From positions 95,356,001 to 95,420,000 of the forward strand of contig OZ024745.1 of the NCBI GenBank assembly GCA_964016885.1: 64,000 bases of DNA. The letters run 5' to 3'. The notes beneath the pieces are model-generated. The model had not been told where the DNA came from. It was given only the letters and a program-made list of their open reading frames with translations, and made no database searches. The stretch's first letter is position 1. Every line of letters begins with the position of its first letter. Below, piece by piece: positions 38,046 through 50,800 of the stretch. Both the position numbers and the translations under genes were made by a program. Source of the stretch: Eledone cirrhosa. Lineage: Eukaryota.

Positions 38046-41000
38046 ATGACCTCACTCAGAATAGGCAGCATAAATGCGCGTGGCTTGGGGTCGTCATGGA
38101 AGCAGGGCCACCTGCTCAACGACCTCAGGTCACTAAACATAGATGTAGTGGCCAACAGCGAGACCAGAATCTCCGAAGCACAGGCCTTCGCAACGATCTT
38201 CGGCAGCTACGATGTGTACGCATCTCCCAGCCGTCCGGGATCGGGGGGTGGGGAGATGCTCTGCTTTTTCGGAGAGGTTTGGATCTCGCCATACGGGCCA
38301 TCTTCCTGGACCCAGAAACTACGTTGGTGGTGCTAGACGTGACCAGCGGAGACGGGCAAGCTATCAGGCTAGTGGCCGTCTATGCCCCGACAGGAGCAGG
38401 GCGGCCTGATTTCTTCCGGCGTCTGGAGACCTTTCTTGGAACGTCCCGCTCTTTAGTGTTAGTGGGCGACTGGAACGGGATCTTAGATGCACGCTGGGAC
38501 TGTGTGGGATTAGCAGATAGGGGAGGAGGGTGCAAGAGCCTCACCAACCTGCTCAGGCGTTTTGAACTGCCTGACAGGTACCGATTGAATTTCCCGAATG
38601 TGCCAATGTGAACTTGGACAAATCGCATAGGGTCATCCAGATCATATCTAGATAGAGTATTTTGTAGGGAAATAGATAGGTCTAGCATAGGCTGTCCATA
38701 ATTCAAGATAGTCAGCTACACGGACCACACATTCGTGATCTGTGTGCTTGACTTAGATAGGCTTCATAAACGAGGACCCGACTACTGGAAGCTAAACGCG
38801 TCCTTACCAGCGCGCAAGGCCTACAGAGACCGGATTAGCGAACTAGTTAAGCAGGCGTTGACGGGGGCCATCGTCAACAACAAGTGGTGGTTTGCTCTGA
38901 AAGGATCAATTAGATTAGAGTCCATTAGGTTTAGTAAGGCTTTAGCAATAGAGAGAAATAGAGCAGAGGGAGAACTAGTTAGAAAATTAGACGAGGCGCT
39001 TAGCAAAGGCATCGCGACCGATGTACTTGCGGCTAAATTGGCCCTTGACCAATTCTTCAATGCAAAGCACGAAGGCTGCGTTGTCAGAGCTAGGGTGCGT
39101 GCTCTCAGACACGAAGGAACGAAAGCCGTCCAATGGGCCCGAGTGTTGGAGGCGCGTCGTGGCAACAAAGCCACGATCCGGTCTTTGGTGGACCACGACG
39201 AGCGCATGCTACTCGATCCCGGGCAAATGTGTGAAGCTTTCCAGCGACACTTCGCCCAGCTGTTCGGGGGCAGCGGCGGGCCGGATCGATGATGGACTTT
39301 AGTGTCTACCTCGACGGACTGCCGCGGCTCTCGGCCACTGAGGCGGAGTGTTGCGAAAAGCCGATAACAGCCGCTGAAGTAGGGGAGGCAATGACTGACT
39401 GCACAAGTTGTAAATCGCCTGGTTTTGATGGTCTGCCCTATGAACTTTACCTACAGATGCCAGACTTGTTCGAAGGCCTCTTGGCGGACGTCTACTGTAA
39501 CTGGCAACAGAACGGGAGAATTCCCAGCTCTGTGAGCCGAGGAGCTGTGGCGTTGCGAATAAGGATCCGAACAAGGGGGGATAACATAGATAATTCAGGC
39601 CCATAACTCTGCTAAACACAGAGTTCAAGATTTTGGCCAAGGTGCTAGCAAAGAGCTTGGCGCTTGTCATTATGGTCTGGTGAGAGAGGCGCAGACGTGC
39701 GCCATTCCCGACAGATCCATCCACTACAACCTCCACCTCATGCGATACTTCGTAGAGAGGGTAGCTAGGGAACCTGGCACGGGTGGGCCCTTGATCAATT
39801 TAGATCAGTCGAAAGCTTTCGATAGGGTCGACCATCGTTACCTAGCGGCAGTCCTGAGGGCTGTTGGCTTTGGGCCCGTCTTCAGAGGCTGGATCGCTGC
39901 CATGCACAGCGACATCTGTTCTGTGGTGAAAGTGAACGGTCACCTTTCGGAACCGTTCAAAATCATGCGCTCGGTCCGCTAAGGATGTCCCCTCTCGTCC
40001 CTCTTGTACGTATTGACTCTCGAGCCATTACTGCACAAACTGGAGACGTTGAGGGGCGTCCCGCGCGAACTAGGATGCGGAAGATCCGTGTCAGCATATG
40101 CGGACGATATCACCGTAGTGGTGTCGAACGCCAAACACATCGAGGCGATCAGCACTACGCTAAGAGAATACGAAGCGGCGACAGGAGCAATGATCAACCA
40201 GGATGAGTCAGTGGGCCTGCATCTCGGCACCTGGAGAGGCAGGTCCATGCCGTCCAACAGCGTAGTCGGGCGCTGGACGGATAGACCGGTTAAATTGCAA
40301 GGGGTCTGGTTCGGTCCGGATCTCCAGACAGACAAACCTGGGACGAGGTGACGAGCAGGGTGGCTTCTGTCACCCAGAAATGGGCGGAGAGGAAGCTATC
40401 TCTGAAAGGTCGAGCGGAGGTGGCTAACGCGTACATCGCGTCCGTCATCTACTACCGCCTGACCGTCGTACCTTGTCCTAAGCCCCGCCTGACTGCACTG
40501 GAGCGTTTGCTCTTTCGCTTTTTGTGGAAGGGACGCGCTCCGATGGTCAGGCAGTCCATCTGCTGTCAACACCCGCTACGTGGAGGGCTGGGCATGCCGT
40601 GGCTGATGATTCGCAGACACGCGCTCAGGCTACGACATCTCCACCTCTTCCTCGACGGTGATCAGGTGTGGTCGCCGTTTGCTAGACGCGTCTTTCCCCA
40701 GCTCGTCTCCTGGACGGAGCTGCAGTTTTAGTCAAGCGAAGACCGAGAGGGAGCGCTTGTAGACTGGAATGTCTTCAGGCGCTCACAGCCATCGACCAAT
40801 CGGGTAATGTGATCGGTGCAAACTCTACCTTGGCGTTCTATAGAGGATTAGTGGAGGGGAAGAGCGACGACGTACTTGGAGAAACTCTAGGCGTCGACGA
40901 AAATCAACTAGCCAATCTCTTCGGAAGAACCTTCGGGCCGGGGCCTATGCACAACTTCCAGAAATCCCTGGCCTGGCAGTGCTACCGAGGAGATTTACCA

Positions 41001-41461
41001 GTTCGGGATAAACTCTACAGGCATGGAGGTGCCGCCATTCGGGCATGTCTGAGATGCGCGCAGGCGACGAAGCCGTCCTGCACGCACTCGTCCAGTGTCC
41101 GAGCATTGCTGACTTGTGGGTTTATGTCGAACACCTGATATCACGTGTAGGGCGGATCCAGCTATCAGCTGAGTCCATCGTGAGGATTGCCCCGCCCTCT
41201 TCCTTTAGCCGGGAAGGGTAGGCAGTCTTTATCTGCCTGGTGGACATGGCGAAAGAGATAGTATGGTGGACACGTTTGAAAGGGCTGAAGACGAGCACTC
41301 ACCTCTTCGGTGATGCCCTGATTAACTTTTTCAAATTTCATTTGAAAAGGAAAATCAGGGGAGAGAGGGACGTGCTCTCTTCCCAGCATTTTGTTGAAAG
41401 ATGGGTGAGAGAAGCAAGTATGGCCCGAGTGAATTGGCCTACTCTGAGTATGTGTCTGTAA
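38046..41461 (+). pseudogene. Tx1 ORF2 (APE + RT), fragmented
   Basis: SINARGL, VYAP, GDWN, YWKLN, KSPGFDGLPYE, LDQSKAFDRV, YADD and GGLGMP across the listed ORF pieces. Confidence 0.92.
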
Positions 41462-41753
41462 ATTAAAGGTGGAAAACTGGGAGAGGGTACTTCCCTGATG
41501 GTCAGGGTCACTGTGGCCTTTTAATGGGCTTTCTCCACAAATGTCCCTCGGAAGTCTCCCCCCTATTGGGGAATTTTTCTTTGTTATTTTATTTCATCCT
41601 CTGTTTTTTTTTACACGCAGAAATGCCCATTTGTACCGTCCTGTATTGTCCTGTATTGTCCTGTACTGTCCTTAATGTCTACTTTATGTAAACCCTTGTG
41701 GTTAATAAAGAAAACATTATTATTTTTATTATTATTATTATTATTATTATATA

Positions 41754-41940
41754 AGGCGGGGAATTGGCAGTATCGGTAGAGGCTCGGACATGATTTCCAG
41801 CATAGTTACGTCCCTTTATGATGTGAGTTCAAATCCCGCCGAGCTAAACTTTGCCTTTCATCCATAAGGGGTCGATAAAATAAAGTACCAGTAATGTACT
41901 GGGTAATTGCTGGCCTTGTGCCAAAAGTAGAAACAATTAT
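41754..41940 (+). mobile_element. Full-length SINE between (ATT)n tracts
   Basis: Matches the 8380 and 37541 copies and ends in an (ATT)n tail. Confidence 0.88.
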
Positions 41941-41969
41941 TATTATTATTATTATTATATATATATATG

Positions 41970-42021
<52 letters not shown>

Positions 42022-42025
<4 letters not shown>

Positions 42026-42619
42026 TATCCCCTGTGATTGTTCCATATGTTTATTTTATATATATATATGTCAATCTATTTCTAGTTGATAAGAAATGCT
42101 CGGATCTATTCATTGGAATCTTTGAGCTTATTCTACAGTGGGTATGGCGCATGTCTCTCAGACATGACAACCCTTAATTTAATTTTGGATATATATACGG
42201 CCCCTTAATTGTAGAGCTAACTCAGTTGAATGGACTCGGCTGCTATTTCTAGCTGTCGATAATCCTATTCACGCCACTGGGATGACGCTGTGCGATGTGT
42301 GTATTTTTAAAAAATGCAACACGTGCTTCGAGTCATTCACAGATTTGCATTTGCTTTGTAAACGCAGATAGTTATTTCTTCTCCTTTGGTGAACATCCAG
42401 GATTTGACAACTGTGATTTATTGATTAATTGGTTAAATATATTTTTTATTTAAAGAAATATATACAACGGAGATTAATCATTTTAAGTTCTAGTTAAACT
42501 TTAATTGGTTACCTACCTAGCTATGTGCGCTTACATACTTTACAAATTATCCCCCGTGATTGTTCCATATGTTTATTTTATATATATATATATATATGTC
42601 AATCTATTTCTAGTTGATA
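42022..42619. repeat. ~70-bp direct repeats (42022-42091, 42546-42619) bracketing ~450 bp
   Basis: attatccc(t/c)gtgattgttccatatgtttatttta(ta)n tgtcaatctatttctagttgata occurs twice. Confidence 0.8.
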
Positions 42620-43057
42620 TATATATATATTATAAAGCTGACGGCCGTATGTATGTAACAAACCTTTCGCTAAACGGCTGGACCAAACAGCACCAAATTT
42701 GCACCATAGATGTAACTTTTCCAAGTAAAAAAGTGAGCGTATTTTTGTGTACTGAATTTTGTTAAATGATTAAAGACATTATTTAAATATTCACTTCTTT
42801 AAAATGTTCAAATGTCGACACTTCCGGTTATACGACATTCCTCTCTATTTCTTAGTCTGTCTTTTTAGATAGATACATAGCTATAACGTCACGCCCTTAT
42901 AATATGTCTCTGTATGTCTGGCTGTCTGCATTAGATACATAGCTGTAACTTCGCACGCTCTTAATATCTGTCTGTCTGGCTGCCTGTCTGCATTGACTTC
43001 GCTTCTAACCAACTTTTAATTAATTCAGTGCAAAGATACCACACGCCCTCTCAATAA

Positions 43058-43102
<45 letters not shown>

Positions 43103-43990
43103 GTAATAATAATAAATGTGAAGACTAAAATTCAAAGAGGCTCGATAAGGATAAATATATATCAAATATATAAGAATCCTAGAGCAAATATTGTTCTCAT
43201 TGCTGACGTATTATCTTCGCTTTTTTCCGTTCATTGCCCGGGAACGTCTCCACGAACCAAAGTATCGTCTTCCTGTTTTCCTTTGGTTGCAACGTTTTTC
43301 GAAATATTTACTTCTGCGTTCACAGATTGATTTTTTTAGTTTCAGAAGATCCCGTTAAGGGTGAAAGCAGCGATTCTTTGCTTAAACTTTAATCTGTTGT
43401 TTTAATATATATATATATAGAGAGAGAAATTATATATTAGTGTACAGATATTTTTGCATACACAAAAACAAAATATAAACAAACGTATTTATTTCACGAA
43501 AGTACAGACGGCTTATCGTCATTGTTACTGCCGATATGCCACCCAAAAAGTCCCAGCCTGGTCGCAAGATCAGATTTTCCAGAAGGAAAAATGTTACTAG
43601 AGCAACAGAGAGACTAAGCTTCGCGATTACCATCAACAAAGCTCAGGGTCAAACCGTAAAAGTGGCTGGGCTTCATCTGGGAAAACCGTGATTCTCCCAT
43701 GGTCAATTGTATGCAAGATGCTCTAGGGTGAGCTCGCCAAACAATCTCTTCATCTTTTCTCCCTAGGGCCGAACAAAAGATATTTTATACTCTGAGGCTC
43801 TAACAATGTAATTTATGTAGTTTCTGTTACTTGGAATTTCCATTATGGTTGTAAAAATTATTGTAAAGTTTGTTAAAAAATGGGTTCTCTGTTCGGCCTT
43901 TATTGTTGTAACTATCAATTTTCTTTAACGGATTGGCTGCTGAACTGGGGAATCCTAAAATCTATTCAAACCCAACATCAGAGCACATCA
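42620..43990 (+). mobile_element. Non-autonomous Helitron copy with Pif1 C-terminal remnant
   Basis: Colinear with 17151-17985. 43100-43176 also matches 1942-2019, and 43890-43985 matches 47040-47135. Confidence 0.8.
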
Positions 43991-44313
43991 ACACTCCTTC
44001 ACCCCCACACTCATTAACACCTCACCCCACACCCAGACACATCCAAATCTCTCTTATATATATAGTCACACATCACAACACAACCTGTTCTCAGTTTCAC
44101 AATTACCACCGATGAATGTGAGAAAGGTCTCCAAGAAAGTTAACCAGCAATCTTTAAAATTCTTCCCACCGAAGTTAACAAAGAACTTACTAGATCTACC
44201 AACTCATAATATTATAATATTATAAAATCAAATCAAATTATTTAGAACTACAAGTGAAGTCATTCTTTTCCTTTTTTTCAAATATACCTAACTGTACCAA
44301 GGATCTCCCACAT

Positions 44314-44413
<100 letters not shown>

Positions 44414-44595
44414 GGGGGGGCGTAAAATACCGACCGCAGCGCCAAGTGGGTTCGACGTGTGTGAGACACAAGTCGAACCGCCGCTTCGCTCCGTGATTGG
44501 GATTTTACATATCTCTATACCCACTCTGCATCTCCCCATGCATCGAGTACTCCCATGATCAGTGGAGTCCCTCCCTCTCTCTTTCTCTCTCTCTC

Positions 44596-44679
<84 letters not shown>

Positions 44680-44919
44680 TGTGTGTGTGTGTGTATGTGT
44701 GCATATATATATATATATTGTCGAGACTAGTAGCATCAAACGGACGTGGAACAAAAATAAAAGTATCCAACGTTGATCGCAGTCAGCTCATATTGTTATG
44801 ATAGTTTATTATAGGAAATGAATGGATTCGAGAAAGCACTCAATACATGTTTGAAAGTGACGCCGAACTATCAACTAACTTACCCTACGTCACTGGGTCC
44901 CTGTCGACAGGATGGAGAA

Positions 44920-45300
44920 TACATTACCCTGCAAGATAGTGATGGAGACGCGCTGTATCAGCCACTCCACCTCGCGGGGCTCATACCTGTGAGCGGCCAA
45001 CTCCGCTCTGATAGCAATGAGTGTGGATGTGGTCCGGGGGCCGAGAACGCAGGAAGTCTCCACTGCTACAGACTATCAGAGAGCGACCGGTACTTGGACA
45101 GTTTGCCCTTTTCAACATGGCTGGCAGCAGAGCCAGGGCTGGTAGTCGAACGTACCAAGTTGCCACGTGAGTAGGTGTCACAGCATTTGGCACCCCAGAT
45201 GACGGGAAGGTTGTCATGTCATCATGTCGACAGGCGTTTGTCGTCCCCTCGGTCCAGCCCTGCTGGCTCGGGCTAGGAAAGGAGACCTGTGCCGGTGTAA
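44920..45300 (-). mobile_element. CRE-like retrotransposon RLE-domain fragment
   Basis: EPAGLDRGDDKR...VIWGAKCCDTY...KLSKYRSL...VAVETSCVLG...EPREVEWLIQRVSITILQGN. Related to 16790-17020. Confidence 0.75.
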
Positions 45301-45642
45301 TAGCTGTAGTTACCTCTTACAAAACGAACCAGAAGATATCAAAACCATATAATAAGTTTTTTTCATTATTTAGGTTGATAAAAAAAAACTTGTTATTACC
45401 CAGATAAGTTCACATTCGTGACGTTATAAATGATATTATGATGTTTTGATATGTTTTCCATTAAATAAAAGTTGTCATACACTTACTCCTCATAATACCT
45501 TATATCGTGATCTATGTTTGTCTTTCAGAATATCTAAGTCAATTTATTCTGTGTTAATCTCACTTTCAAGTAGTGCAGTCTCATTTTGAAATAGTTAGAA
45601 CTCTCTTTGAACTGGTAAGATCGACACTTGAACTGATATATA

Positions 45643-46496
45643 CAGGTGTGTCAGAAAAGTTCCAGGACTGATGTCACAAAAGATTTATTTCAAACCCAAA
45701 CTTCACATTAAGAGTTTTCTCCTTCAAAGTAATCCCCCTGGAGTCTAATGCACTTTTCCATCCTTTTCTGCCACGCTTGCATGCACTCCTGGAAGGATTT
45801 TTCTGGGATCCTCCGCAGTTCTGTCGTCACGGCCTTTTTGATGTAGTCCACATCTTCAAAACGGGTCCCCTCCAGGTCTTACTCGAAGATCCATGACTCA
45901 TCACCGGTGATGACTGTCTCTAGCAAGTCTGGTTCGGTTTCAAGACGCTCGAGGATGTCCTGGCACACTTGCATGCGTCGACCCTTCTGGTCATCGTCCA
46001 GCAGTTTTGGCATCATCTTCACGCAGATTTTCCGCATGTCCAAACCTGATTCATGCCCAGCTCATTTGCCATCAGTCGAACAGTCAGCCGACGATCGCTA
46101 CGCACCATCTGCCTGACGCGCTCAACGTTGACCTCAGTCCTGGTTGTTGAGGGCCTTCCGCTCCTGGGGTCATCTTCCACGTCCTCGCGTCCTTCTTTAA
46201 ACCTCTTGCACCACTCAAAAGCACGTGAGCGTGACATTGTCTCATCTCTGACGGTTTCGCCAACCGTACCAGAAACTTCAAGTTTGTTCGTTGCTCTGTG
46301 CTCATTGCTTGACGACCTGAAACAGAGGACATGTACATAAAATTATGAAGAAAAAAGTTTGATCGCTGCAGAGAGCTAAGATTACAGTTACATACTCCAG
46401 GGGGATTACTTTGAAGGAGAAAACTCTTAGTCTGAAGTTTGGGTTTGAAATAAATCTTTTGTGACATCAGTCCTGTAACTTTTCTGACACACCTCC
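45643..46496 (-). mobile_element. Internally deleted mariner transposon with ~105-bp terminal inverted repeats
   Basis: TA-flanked. TIRs at 45643-45745 and 46393-46496. Remnants are EQRTNLKF, MSRSRAFEWCKRFKEGREDVEDDPRSGRP, VITGDE and C-terminal GDYFEG. Confidence 0.9.
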
Positions 46497-46699
46497 TATA
46501 TACTTAATCAGAATCTAGGTGATCACTTGACCTGATAGGAATAGCGATCAAATACATTCGAATCCCACCCTAGCGTCTTAAAATGGAAAGATACAACAAC
46601 AGCAAATAATCTAAACTATAATAAAGTAAGGAGTGCGTGACTGCGTCCAGAACATAGTCTTTTATCCCGTTTGTAAAATAAGTTGGATTACTTTGAATA

Positions 46700-46812
46700 A
46701 ATAATTGTTTCTACTTTTGGCACAAGGCCAGCAAATATCAGTGCATTACTGGTACTTTATTTTATCGACCCCGTAAGGATGAAAGGCAAAGTTAACCTCG
46801 GCGGGATTTGAA
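46700..46812 (-). mobile_element. 5'-truncated SINE copy
   Basis: Reverse complement of the SINE B-box, core and tail. Confidence 0.85.
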
Positions 46813-46939
46813 TGAATGAATATTACATAATGTATCTACTAAATTTCGTAACACATGATTAAACATATATTAAAAATATTATTGCATAGTTCAAGATTCA
46901 CTTCTTTTAAAAGATTCAAATTTCAATATTTCCGGTATA

Positions 46940-47269
46940 TCTATACTATATATATATAGAGAGAGAGCGAAAGAGAAAGATGAAGCGATTTGGATTTCTT
47001 TTTCAACACGCTGATGTGTGTGCGTGTGCGTGTGTATGTTGTTCAGCCTTTATTGTTGCAACTATCAATTTTCTTTAACGCACTGGCTGCTGAACTGTGG
47101 AATCCTAAAAACTATTCAAACTCAACATCAGAGAACGTTAACCCACACCAACCCCAACCTCACAGACTTGAGAGAGAGTGCGGTATCTTTGCACTGGAGT
47201 GGAGTGGGGATACCTGAAAAGATAAAATGCCGGTATACATAGCCGAGCGCCAGCCGGACGGGCCAGTTA

Positions 47270-47271
<2 letters not shown>
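46940..47271 (+). mobile_element. Short non-autonomous Helitron-like element
   Basis: 5' tctatactata, internal match to 43890-43985, 3' GC-rich subterminal segment then ttagt (CTAG-like). Confidence 0.55.
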
Positions 47272-47337
<66 letters not shown>

Positions 47338-47736
47338 CTTACGCGTTTTGCTGCTACCACTGTTGTTATGGCTACCTCATAGTAGTCTTTCTCATACAGA
47401 TAGAGTAACGGTGACAGAGAAAGAGATTGTGTGTGAGTATATGAAGAGAGAGATACAGATAGATAGAATATTGTTTTGATACGCGTTTTGCTGCTACCAA
47501 TGTTGTTATGACTACCTCATACTACTCTATATATATATATATATATCTGGTGTATGGAATAGCAGATGATAATAGATATTTCAAACATACATTTATTTCA
47601 AAGATTTCTTTTCTCCGTGTCAGCTATGAGAGCAAGGATAAAGGGTTCATTCTACTGACATGGCTTTAAAAATAAGGCTTGTTTGCATAATTGCAAACGA
47701 ATCGAATGTTATTATTAATATTAGAAAAACTCAGAT

Positions 47737-47814
<78 letters not shown>

Positions 47815-47816
<2 letters not shown>

Positions 47817-50800
47817 AGATAACAAGTTATCGTTATAGGTAATCCAGTTAAAGGTTGTGAATACTCCGTACTGTGGATAGTTTTAGCGTACGGCGTTGTT
47901 TGACTCAACAAGAGGTTTCCTTGGGTAGCGAGTATATAAGTTCTCGGGAGTTCCTATGTAAATTAATCTTGGAGTAATAATAGTGAAAGAGTGAGGAATA
48001 ACATGGTCAACAGTACAAAAAGAGTTTTATTTACAGTATTAACAATTGTTTCATTGGTTAAGTTGTCTTAAAATTGCTAATCACTTGAAGTTGTATGACT
48101 CAATTTTAAATACGATGTATGCTTAACCAAATCATCAGAAGAACTGTTTCAAATTATACACACCGCTTGCAAATTCAAATTACAACATCATTAATAAAGA
48201 AAGAAAAAGAAAAAGAAAAAGAAAAAGAAAAAGAAAAACGAAAGATATAAAGAGAAAAAGAGAAAGAAAGACAGAAAGAAAGAATTAAAAAAAAGAAGAA
48301 AGAAAAAGATAAAGAAAAAGTAAAATAGAGAGAAAAAATAAAAGTATTGATATTAAATGAATAATAATAAATAGGTTATGGCGAAGATGAGAGAAAATAA
48401 ATTAAAAAAATGTTGTGTGCGAAGAAAATGAACATAATATGATTGTTGAAAATAGTGGTGTTGGTGGTTAAAATATAAATATATGATGGTATTGGTGGTT
48501 AAAATAGTTGTGGTGTTGGTGGCTAAAATATAAAGATATAATGGTATAAACATGAAAGTATTAAATATATTCATATATGTATTATTTAAATTAATAAATT
48601 AATAAATTGGAAGTTATATTAGATGTGAAGATAATACGATAGGTTATAATGTAAGAGATGAAATATATTTAGGGAAAGAAATTAAAAGATAGAAAATGAA
48701 AGAGAGAAAATATAATAGGTTATGATGTTGATTCATTGACAGTTAATAACAATAATAACAACAATGATGATAATGGGTTATTATAATAGACTCATGTGGT
48801 ATGATTTGAATTATGATAATGGATTATTATAATAGACTCAGGTGGTATAATTTGAATTATGGAATTGTTGGGTCGAATCAAGTTGGTTTGAAATTATCAA
48901 ATTTATTTGCTGTTTTATGTCTACGGAAAATTGACCGTTCAATTTTGCTCTTAACCAGCATTTTGTCATATTTTAAAATATGGAATTATTCCATATTACA
49001 AAGTCTACAGTGGGACATACCGATCTTGTAAGCCCCTGACAATTTAGACCATTTAGACCAGTTAATCCTGTATTCTTGATTTGTATCTTTGAGCTGCCAG
49101 ATTTTATTGGCAAGCGTTGTTGTATTCATTAGTTTATGGTTTTTTATAGAATGTCTGTGGACGTACCAACGTTTTTTTAACTCCCCCGCCGTAGAACCTA
49201 TGTAGTGCCATGTTAAGTTGCCAGAATTTATAGTACATAGGTACACTATATTAGATTCAAGGCATCTATTTTGTAGTGGCCACTTATCCGGTAAGAAACA
49301 GTTACATTTTGAGGCCTTCCTATATGCCGTTTCAGCGATGCGGTTTTGTATGTGATTATGTATGGGCTGAGATTTGGGTTTGTTGATGTATTGTTGTGAT
49401 GTGTTCTGGCGTGTGTGTGGTTGTGATGTTGTTATGTGTATGTGTTTTTTATTTGGTGTTATGGTGCTTGTTTGTAGGCTATTTGTATTAGAGATTCTTT
49501 TATAGTTAATTTTATGTATGTGTGATTCTATGTTGATTGCAGTAGAGTAAGATAGTTTGATAGTATTTCTATAAAAATTGTATGGTATTTGTGAAGTTTA
49601 GGGAAGTGCTTGTCAATTAATTTAAAGAATATAGAAGGTAGTTTGGTTTTTATAGAGGAGTTAAATATTGGATTGAACCATAAGTATTTTCTATCTCTGC
49701 ATCTTCTATAGTTTTTAGTGGTCCTTATTAGTATTCGGTTCAATTATTTCTGGTGCTTGTTGCCAATTTCTAAGTTTAGTCCTAGATTTGTTATTTCTAT
49801 AGGTGTGGGTGGTCTTATTGCTGTTAAGTGAGTTGTTATTGTTTCTATCTGGTATGTATTTGAGCCTCTCTTTGTGGCCTGCCTTAAGTAAAGCTATGTT
49901 GTAGTACTTAGCGTGTTCATTAAACATTTCTAGGTTAGAAGATAAGCGTGAAATTCTAAGGGATATACTATGTGCTATGGAGTTAATTATGGAGCGAGGG
50001 TGGTTTGAGTCATAACTAATGTAAGCTATATTTTCGTTATTTTTATGGAAGGGCTCTATTAGTCCTGTGTTTAGGCTGAGTGATACATCTAAGAAGTTAG
50101 CTTTTTTAGAGTTGAGTTCGAAAGTGATGTTTAGGCCTAATATTTTGAAGACGGTTCTAATCTTTTTACGTAATCTTTCCAAGTTTTGATTATTTAAGGT
50201 TTTAGCTAAAAGTAATGTATCGTCTCTATTAATTCCTCCCTGGAGGTCACCAACTTCCTTATGTAAGATATGTGCTATATAAATTCCGACCATGTCCGTT
50301 ATTTGAGCTGAATCGTTAGATCCCATATTCATATAAAGTTATTTTGTCTATTTTTTCTTTCCCAATAACTATTGTTGAACCTAATGATTGTTCTTCTAGC
50401 AGCTAGTATTATTTTAATTTCATCGGATGAGAGGTCCGAGTTTTTTTGTGCAAAGGTTAGTGCCTTATTTAGGGTTACTGGGGAAATAGAAGAGTAGTAG
50501 TCATTGATGTCAAATTGTATAAAGTCAGAAGTTTTCCTATTGTCTAATTTGCTAAACCAATCTATTACCTCAGTGTTACCCCCAAAGCTTAATTATTAGT
50601 TTGTCTTTAATTTGTGGTATTATTCTATCTAGTATATATTTACTAATTCTATCTATATCCGACTTTGATGGGCATATTAATCTAATAATAGAGTCCGTTT
50701 CGAAGTTGCATTTATGATCTTTCAGATTAAAATAGGGTTTACAAGGGGTCAGAGGCTCGGTTCTATCAGATATTTTGAGTCTTTTTACTATGTTAAGACC

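Larger units (their letters stand above)
35702..41716 (+). mobile_element. Full-length degenerate Tx1/L1-clade LINE (element 2, related family)
   Basis: Same architecture as element 1 but clearly diverged. aataaa at ~41704 precedes the (ATT)n tail. Confidence 0.9.

Noticed and set aside
45013-45196. HDV-like ribozyme fold on minus strand (agcagtg/cattgct, gaga-cttcctgcgt-tctc, ggccccc-gg)
   Set aside because: The same bases encode the CRE endonuclease (VAVETSCVLGP), and P1, P4 and J4/2 fit poorly. Likely coincidence.
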